Part shown: positions 58,425 through 64,000 of the stretch, one piece after another
Layout: every line of letters begins with the position of its first letter
How positions within the stretch are numbered: position 1 is the stretch's first letter
Origin: Methylophilaceae bacterium
GTDB taxonomy: Bacteria; Pseudomonadota; Gammaproteobacteria; Burkholderiales; Methylophilaceae
Length of the DNA stretch: 64,000 bases
Direction of reading: 5' to 3'
Assembly: GCA_035459965.1 (NCBI GenBank)
Contig: DATHXC010000013.1
Span: 2,946-66,945, forward strand
Notes under the pieces: model-generated
Told to the model about the DNA's origin: nothing
Database searches by the model: none
Seen by the model: the letters and a program-made list of their open reading frames with translations, nothing else
Translations under genes and position numbers: made by a program

Positions 58425-59503
58425 TATGCTGCCAACGCCTCGCTTTGCTTGCCGTTTACCGGAATGCCGTCTGTCGAATGATTTCCTGGCCCGCTATCTT
58501 CTTGTGCTTCGCTCACATATTGCAAGCGTGCATCTTGTTGCTGCAGTTGATCAAAAAACTGATTGATCGCGCTTAACTGCAGTTCGATAGTCTGTAATTG
58601 ATTCATGCCATGACGGAAGTTGGCAGAATCTTTCAAGCCCTTGGTGTACCAGGAGATATGTTTTCTAGCAACACGCATGCCAGTCAGTTCGCCATAAAAA
58701 GCATAGAGGTCATGCAGGTGTTCCAGCATCACGCTACGGATCTCGGTCACTTCTGGTGATGGCATGTGTTCACCCGTGGCCAGAAAGTGCTCAATCTCAC
58801 GGAATATCCAAGGGCGACCCTGCGCAGCGCGGCCTATCATCACCGCATCAGCACCGGTCATTTCCAGCACATACTTAGCTTTTTCCGGGGTGGTGATATC
58901 GCCATTGGCAATCAGCGGAATCTTGATTGCCTGTTTTACGGCAGCGATAGTTTCATACTCAGCATCGCCGGTATAAAGACAGGCGCGGGTTCGGCCATGC
59001 ATGGCTAGCGCTTGTACGCCGATATCCTCGGCCATTCTTGCCACCGCGATTGCATTACGGTTTTGCTTGTCCCAACCCGTGCGGATTTTCAAAGTGATCG
59101 GCACATCCACGGCATTGACCACGGCACGTAAAATTTGTGCAACCAGTGGTTCATCCTTGAGCAGGGCAGAACCAGCCATTACATTACAGATCTTTTTGGC
59201 CGGGCAACCCATGTTGATATCGATGATTTGCGCGCCATTATCCACATTGTATTTGGCCGCCTCTGCCATCATTTTAGGATCGGCACCTGCAATCTGCACC
59301 GAAATGGGGTCAACTTCGCCCTCATGATTGGCGCGGCGCAGCGTTTTCTCGCTACCGTACAAGAGGGAATTGGAAGTCACCATCTCGGAAACAGCCAGTC
59401 CCGCCCCAAGCTTTTTGCAAAGCATGCGGAAAGGCCTGTCCGTCACACCCGCCATGGGGGCGACGACCAGGTTGTTCTTCAGTATGTGTTTGCCAATTTG
59501 CAC
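58424..59503 (-). CDS. dusB: tRNA-dihydrouridine synthase B
   Basis: 359 aa with APMAGVTDRPFR and DINMGCPAKK motifs. The dusB-fis arrangement is conserved. Confidence 0.93.
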   Translation of the reverse strand: MQIGKHILKNNLVVAPMAGVTDRPFRMLCKKLGAGLAVSEMVTSNSLLYGSEKTLRRANHEGEVDPISVQIAGADPKMMAEAAKYNVDNGAQIIDINMGCPAKKICNVMAGSALLKDEPLVAQILRAVVNAVDVPITLKIRTGWDKQNRNAIAVARMAEDIGVQALAMHGRTRACLYTGDAEYETIAAVKQAIKIPLIANGDITTPEKAKYVLEMTGADAVMIGRAAQGRPWIFREIEHFLATGEHMPSPEVTEIRSVMLEHLHDLYAFYGELTGMRVARKHISWYTKGLKDSANFRHGMNQLQTIELQLSAINQFFDQLQQQDARLQYVSEAQEDSGPGNHSTDGIPVNGKQSEALAA

Positions 59504-59692
59504 GTAATTGTTGCTTTACAGGTAGTTTGCTTCGAAACCAAACTTGAGATAAACCCAGCTTGAAATAATGGCTGCGAAAAGGTGCCTATTTTATACGCAA
59601 TTGGGGGTTCAGCAAAAGCTAATTTAATGATTTTTTACAGATAATTAAGCTCGAAACGCTCAGGCTTTGCTGGGGGAGAGCCGGCTTGTTAA

Positions 59693-59947
59693 TCAAGGGC
59701 TTGTGAGCACTTCCAAAGTGCTTAGCCAGAGGATGGCATGGTCCCGATCGTCACCGCACATTTCAGCACTGGGTTTCAGCCCGCCACAGAATGCTGGCCG
59801 TTCCGGTTTGCCAAAAATCGCACAGCGATTGTCATCCAGTAATTGTATGCATCGTACGCCAGCGGGCTTGCCGTCTGGCATCCCGGGTATAGGGCTATTG
59901 ATGGAGGGTGCAATACAGCAGGCACCACAATGATCTCGACATTGCAT
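59693..59947 (-). CDS. YkgJ-family cysteine-cluster protein
   Basis: 84 aa, CGACC...RC..F...RP..C pattern (UPF0153-like). Confidence 0.7.
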   Translation of the reverse strand: MQCRDHCGACCIAPSINSPIPGMPDGKPAGVRCIQLLDDNRCAIFGKPERPAFCGGLKPSAEMCGDDRDHAILWLSTLEVLTSP

Positions 59948-59959
59948 GGCTGGTAAATC

Positions 59960-60718
59960 TCAAAGTGGCGACCAGGGAAAGCCAAGTGCGCTTATCCCTT
60001 GCTTGATGTCATCCAGTGCCGCATTAACATCGCCTGTGGCACCTTTGACTCCCAGCTCTATGGTTCTGCGGGTATCCAGCTTGGGCAGGCTAAATAGCTT
60101 AGTTTGCGGGTGTTTCTCTACAATATGGTTCATCAGCTCCAGCAGCTGGCTTTCGCCTGCATCCATCACCAGGATGGATGATTCGACGATGGGGTGCTGG
60201 TGAAAGAGCTGGCTGTAATGCGTATCCAGTACCCACTCCGTCATTGGCCATGCCATCTCCGGAAATCCCGGCATAAAGTAATGTGAGCTTAATGAAAACC
60301 CGGCAACGCGATTCACCGGGTTGGGAATCAATTCAGCGCCTTGCGGGAAATCTGCCATCAACACGCGCTTGGGGTAAGCTGCCTCGCCGAAGCGCGCTTC
60401 AATTTCCGCAACTGCCCCGACGTTGCGCTCTATGGGCAAACCTGCTGCTTCAGCCGCTGCCTCTCGGGTAAAGTCATCAGGCGTCGCCCCTATGCCGCCG
60501 AATGAAAATACGATGTCATCTGTCGCCATAGAGCGCTTGAGCGAGGCCGTAATGCGTGCTGGGTCGTCGCCCAGATATTCTGCCCAGGCCAGGCTCAACC
60601 CACGTGATTTCAGGGTTTTGATTAACTGGGTGAGATGCGCATCCTGACGCTTGCCAGAAAGGATCTCATCGCCAATGATGTAGGCACCGAATTTTGGTGT
60701 ATGTATGCCTTGAGTCAA
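59960..60718 (-). CDS. CinA-like molybdopterin-binding (MoCF_biosynth) domain protein
   Basis: 252 aa, IIGDEILSGKRQD...FSFGGIGATPDD. Confidence 0.75.
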   Translation of the reverse strand: MTQGIHTPKFGAYIIGDEILSGKRQDAHLTQLIKTLKSRGLSLAWAEYLGDDPARITASLKRSMATDDIVFSFGGIGATPDDFTREAAAEAAGLPIERNVGAVAEIEARFGEAAYPKRVLMADFPQGAELIPNPVNRVAGFSLSSHYFMPGFPEMAWPMTEWVLDTHYSQLFHQHPIVESSILVMDAGESQLLELMNHIVEKHPQTKLFSLPKLDTRRTIELGVKGATGDVNAALDDIKQGISALGFPWSPL

Positions 60719-60938
60719 AGTCTGTTGCCTTGTTCGTAAATTGCAACTTGAAAAGATCGCAAGAAAATGTGCTTGATAGTATCCAAGATAAATTACCCAA
60801 TATCCGTAAATCAGCCTGTATATTTTATTGAATAATCGCCAGACGTATTCATGCTGTTGTTTGTTTTTGCGTTTTAGCTGTAATAATAAAACTTCAGCTT
60901 TTAAAATACACTTTAGTCATTACGCTAATCTTAAGTCC

Positions 60939-61148
60939 ATGAGTATCGAAAACAAAAATCCAGATGATGAAGTCATGTGCTACTGCAGTGGCACCCGGCG
61001 TGCTGAGATTCGAGCGCTATTCTTGCAGGGTAAAGACAGGGAGGCAATCTCGCGTTGGACTGGCGCGTTAAGCGGATGCGGTGGCTGTGAGTGGGATATT
61101 GAGAGTTATTTGGAAGAACTTGCCGAAAATTCTGATCAGGTAAAGTAA
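60939..61148 (+). CDS. BFD-like [2Fe-2S]-binding small protein
   Basis: The internal Met gives MSIENKNPDDEVMCYCSG...GCGGCEWD (C-x-C...C-x-x-C). The upstream part of the track ORF is Cys/Phe-rich, low-complexity and AT-rich, and probably non-coding. Confidence 0.7.
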   Translation: MSIENKNPDDEVMCYCSGTRRAEIRALFLQGKDREAISRWTGALSGCGGCEWDIESYLEELAENSDQVK

Positions 61149-61213
61149 GCGATTTAGTTTATTCCATAAGCTAGATAGTCAGTAAGCCTGAGCATATGAT
61201 TTCTGATTACTAT

Positions 61214-62266
61214 TTAGGTATTTATCATTTTCATCTTGAACATCATTAATGGTTCCTCAATCAGTTTCCAGCTTAGATAAGCAAATAAGCATGAAAATAG
61301 TACTGACAGAGAGAAAAGCAAAACTGGTGAGATAGAGGGTAAATATTGAATAATTAAACTTTGAATAGGCCAAGCGTATAGATAAACGCCATAAGAAATA
61401 TCATTTTTTGAGCCAATTTGGTTATAAAATTTATTTTTGTAGTTTATTGCAAAATTAAAAATAAGATATCCACCAAAAATAAAGACTCCCAAGTGTGCGA
61501 GCAAAGGCGTCAATAAAAAAGCAATTAATGCGATAAGCGAAATTACGCTATATCGCTGGCACCAGTTAATTTTATCCTTATATAAATAATAGCTACCCCC
61601 AATGAAAAAACCTGTTGTCAGTCTCGCTATCTCGCCAACGCTAATAAATACAGGGTCATGGTAGATATAGTATTTAAAAAGTGTAAGCTTTATTGCAGTA
61701 AAAGAGATTGTGAGTAGGCATGTAAAGGTGAAGATAACGTTGCGTTGGTTGCTGCTCAATATAGCAACAAAAGGTAAAACCAGGTAGCAAATGAATTCAT
61801 ACTGAATTGACCAAAGTGCCCCATTAAGTAGCTTATAGTGGTTATCTGGAAATACTCCAACTATTATCGGCTGAACTAGGAGAAGCATTTTTTGTAGGTA
61901 CGATGTAAATCCAACAAGTGACCAGTCAATAACCTTTATACCAGCAGATAACGTCGCAAAAAATAATATAGAGATGATGGATGCCCCTATAAAGGCTGGA
62001 TATATTCTAAGTAGTCTTTTTGCAAGATATTTAACTAATGATGAGCTGTGAAAATAACTTTTAAATACCAAGTAGCCACTCACCAAAAAGAACCCATCTA
62101 CCGCAAATTCGCCGAATGAAATGCTATCAAACAGTTTGGTGAGGATTTCTCTGGATTTGTTTCCATCTATTAATTCAAATGAATGTGACAGGATGACTAA
62201 GATAGCAAGCGAAAGTCTTAGTAGGCCAAAGTTGTTTTGATTTTGAGTATTATTCATTTGATTCAA
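61214..62266 (-). CDS. Acyltransferase family 3 (OafA/YrhL-like) integral membrane O-acyltransferase
   Basis: 350 aa, roughly 10 TM helices. N-terminal LRLSLAILVILSHSF with the conserved His, in markedly AT-rich coding sequence. Confidence 0.8.
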   Translation of the reverse strand: MNQMNNTQNQNNFGLLRLSLAILVILSHSFELIDGNKSREILTKLFDSISFGEFAVDGFFLVSGYLVFKSYFHSSSLVKYLAKRLLRIYPAFIGASIISILFFATLSAGIKVIDWSLVGFTSYLQKMLLLVQPIIVGVFPDNHYKLLNGALWSIQYEFICYLVLPFVAILSSNQRNVIFTFTCLLTISFTAIKLTLFKYYIYHDPVFISVGEIARLTTGFFIGGSYYLYKDKINWCQRYSVISLIALIAFLLTPLLAHLGVFIFGGYLIFNFAINYKNKFYNQIGSKNDISYGVYLYAWPIQSLIIQYLPSISPVLLFSLSVLFSCLFAYLSWKLIEEPLMMFKMKMINT

Positions 62267-62281
62267 CTTTGCAGAACATAA

Positions 62282-64000
62282 TTAATGCGCGCTTTCCCAA
62301 TTACTCCCAACCCCAACTTCAGCTAATAGCAGTACATCCAGTTTTGCCACGTTCTGCATCAGGATAGGGAGCTGTTCTTTAATCAGTTCCAGTTCCGTTT
62401 CCGGTACTTCCAGCACCAGTTCATCGTGTACCTGCATGATGAGCTTCGTGCCCAGCTTTTCGTTGACCAGCCAGCCTTGCACGGCGATCATGGCCAGTTT
62501 GATCAGGTCGGCCGCGGTGCCCTGCATGGGGGCATTGATGGCGGCGCGTTCTGCACCGGCGCGGCGCTGGCCGTTGGGGCTGTTGATCTCGGGCACCCAC
62601 AGGCGTCGGCCAAAGAAGGTCTCTACGTAGCCGTTGGCTTTTGCGGCTTCGCGGGTGTCGTTCATGTATTGCCGCACGCCGGGGTAGCGTGCGAAATAAC
62701 GTTCGATATACGTCGCGGCGGCGCTACGTTCGATGTTGAGGTTTTGCGCCAGGCCAAATGCACTCATGCCGTAGATCAGGCCGAAATTGATGACTTTGGC
62801 ATAGCGGCGCTGTTCGCTGCTTACGGCCTCACGTTCCACGCCAAATATTTCACCGGCAGTAGCGCGGTGGATATCTTCGTTGGCGGCAAAGGCTTTGAGC
62901 AGGCCTTCATCTTGGGACAGGTGCGCCATGATGCGTAGCTCGATCTGCGAATAGTCGGCAGAGACAATCAAGCTGCCTGCGGGCGCAATAAACGCTTCGC
63001 GGATGCGGCGGCCTTCTGCGGTGCGCACCGGGATGTTCTGCAGGTTGGGGTCAGAGCTTGCCAGGCGGCCGGTGATGGCTACGGCCTGGCTATAGCTGGT
63101 ATGCACACGGCCAGTGCTGGCGTTTATCATCTTGGGCAGCTTGTCGGTGTAAGTGGATTTCAGCTTGGCGAGGCCACGATATTCCAGCAGCACTTTTGGC
63201 AGTGGGTAATCCAGCGCGAGTTCCTGCAACACATCTTCATCGGTGGAGGGCGCACCGCTAGGGGTTTTCTTGGTGGGCTTGATGCCTAGCTTCCCAAATA
63301 AAATCTCCTGCAGCTGTTTGGGTGAGCCAAGGTTGAATGGCTGGCCTGCCAGCTCGAACGCCTGTTTTTCCAGCTCCATCAGCTTGAGGCCGATCTCGTT
63401 GCTCTGTTTGTTGAGCATGGCGTTATCAATCAATACGCCATTGCGCTCAATGGTGAACAGGATATCCGACACCGGCATTTCGATCTGGTTGTAAACGAAA
63501 TCCAGCTTGGCATCCGGGGCGATCTGGGGGTACAGGTTCTCGTGCAGCTGCAGCGTAATGTCCGCATCTTCCGCCGCGTAATCGCTGGCCTGCTCAATGG
63601 CAACCTGGCTGAAGCCTACTGATTTTGCGCCTTTGCCTGCTACTTGTTCATAGGTGATGGTTTGAACACCGAGGTGGCGCATGGCGAGGTCATCCATGCC
63701 GTGAGTGCGATGGCTTTCCAGTACGTAGGACTGCAGCAGGGTGTCATGTGCAATGCCGTTGAGTTCGATGCCGTGGTTAGCCAGTACGTGCTTGTCATAC
63801 TTGAGGTTCTGGCCTACTTTTTTAATGGCAGGGTTTTCCAGCAGCGGCTTGATTCGCGCCAGGGTGGCGTCAAAAGGCAGCTGATCGGGAGCGCCTGCAT
63901 AGTCGTGCTTGAGCGGTAAATAGGCAGCTTCGCCAGCCTTGACCGAAAACGACATGCCTACCAGTTTGGCGGTAAGTGGGTCCAGCGACGTGGTTTCCGT
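62282..64000 (-). CDS. polA: DNA polymerase I, C-terminal part (3'-5' exonuclease remnant plus polymerase domain); the ORF stays open to the window edge
   Basis: The reading frame continues upstream of the track Met ([20 protein letters not shown], ExoI-like). Polymerase motifs: [38 protein letters not shown]. Confidence 0.95.
   Translation of the reverse strand, partial: TETTSLDPLTAKLVGMSFSVKAGEAAYLPLKHDYAGAPDQLPFDATLARIKPLLENPAIKKVGQNLKYDKHVLANHGIELNGIAHDTLLQSYVLESHRTHGMDDLAMRHLGVQTITYEQVAGKGAKSVGFSQVAIEQASDYAAEDADITLQLHENLYPQIAPDAKLDFVYNQIEMPVSDILFTIERNGVLIDNAMLNKQSNEIGLKLMELEKQAFELAGQPFNLGSPKQLQEILFGKLGIKPTKKTPSGAPSTDEDVLQELALDYPLPKVLLEYRGLAKLKSTYTDKLPKMINASTGRVHTSYSQAVAITGRLASSDPNLQNIPVRTAEGRRIREAFIAPAGSLIVSADYSQIELRIMAHLSQDEGLLKAFAANEDIHRATAGEIFGVEREAVSSEQRRYAKVINFGLIYGMSAFGLAQNLNIERSAAATYIERYFARYPGVRQYMNDTREAAKANGYVETFFGRRLWVPEINSPNGQRRAGAERAAINAPMQGTAADLIKLAMIAVQGWLVNEKLGTKLIMQVHDELVLEVPETELELIKEQLPILMQNVAKLDVLLLAEVGVGSNWESAH

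Noticed and set aside
60828-60938. N-terminal 37 codons of the track ORF preceding the Bfd-like protein (MNNRQTYSCCCLFLRFSC...).
   Set aside because: The stretch is AT-rich and low-complexity, probably promoter or UTR. The conserved BFD-like domain begins after the internal Met at 60939.
1-64000. Looked for CRISPR arrays, tRNA/rRNA genes, IS elements, integrases, phage genes, toxin-antitoxin pairs and known defence systems.
   Set aside because: I found no repeat-spacer periodicity, no cloverleaf-like segments in intergenic regions, no transposase, recombinase or phage-like ORFs, and no recognisable defence-system domains in any ORF above 60 aa. By-eye detection of short dispersed repeats is limited.

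Overview
This is a chromosomal, mostly core-genome window. The gene order (rplB to rplQ with infA between secY and rpmJ) looks betaproteobacterial. An orphan pqqA and a c551-type cytochrome make me suspect a Methylophilaceae-like methylotroph, but I cannot verify that without a database search.

Layout:
- 1-11.4 kb: S10/spc/alpha ribosomal-protein operons.
- 11.4-19.7 kb: housekeeping genes (glutaredoxin-like, mgtE, MscS-like channel, desaturase, rpmG-rpmB, dut, coaBC, an HExxH hypothetical, radC).
- 19.8-35.0 kb: a roughly 15-kb nitrate-assimilation supercluster, all on the minus strand. In transcription order: nasT, an ANTAR-type attenuator leader, an nrtABC-like importer, an AlgE-like porin, cobA, nirB, a NarK-type MFS transporter, a fused PP2C phosphatase/Ser-Thr kinase, nirD, nasA and a small secreted protein.
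- 35-42.6 kb: an MsbA-like ABC exporter, then a LysR regulator divergent from a two-subunit Tat-exported molybdenum hydroxylase (IorAB-like) with XdhC and MocA-like maturation genes.
- 42.6-47.7 kb: an orphan pqqA, two tiny membrane peptides (all three absent from the ORF track), CcdA/thioredoxin, cstA-ybdD, and small orphan ORFs in AT-rich DNA.
- 47.6-64 kb: lgt, ilvD, mutarotase, cytochrome c, amino-acid permease, hemF, tsaC, purD, purH, fis, dusB, YkgJ-like, CinA-like, Bfd-like, an AT-rich acyltransferase-3 gene, and the 3' part of polA.

I saw no rRNA, tRNA, CRISPR array, transposase, integrase or recognisable defence system.

The best candidates for unexplored biology are:
- the membrane-anchored PP2C/kinase fusion embedded in the nitrate operon;
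- the NasT regulator with a textbook ANTAR target but no adjacent NasS/NIT sensor;
- the operon-encoded AlgE-like porin;
- the orphan pqqA;
- the Mo-hydroxylase that lacks any FAD or cytochrome electron-transfer subunit.

None of these is proven novel from sequence alone.
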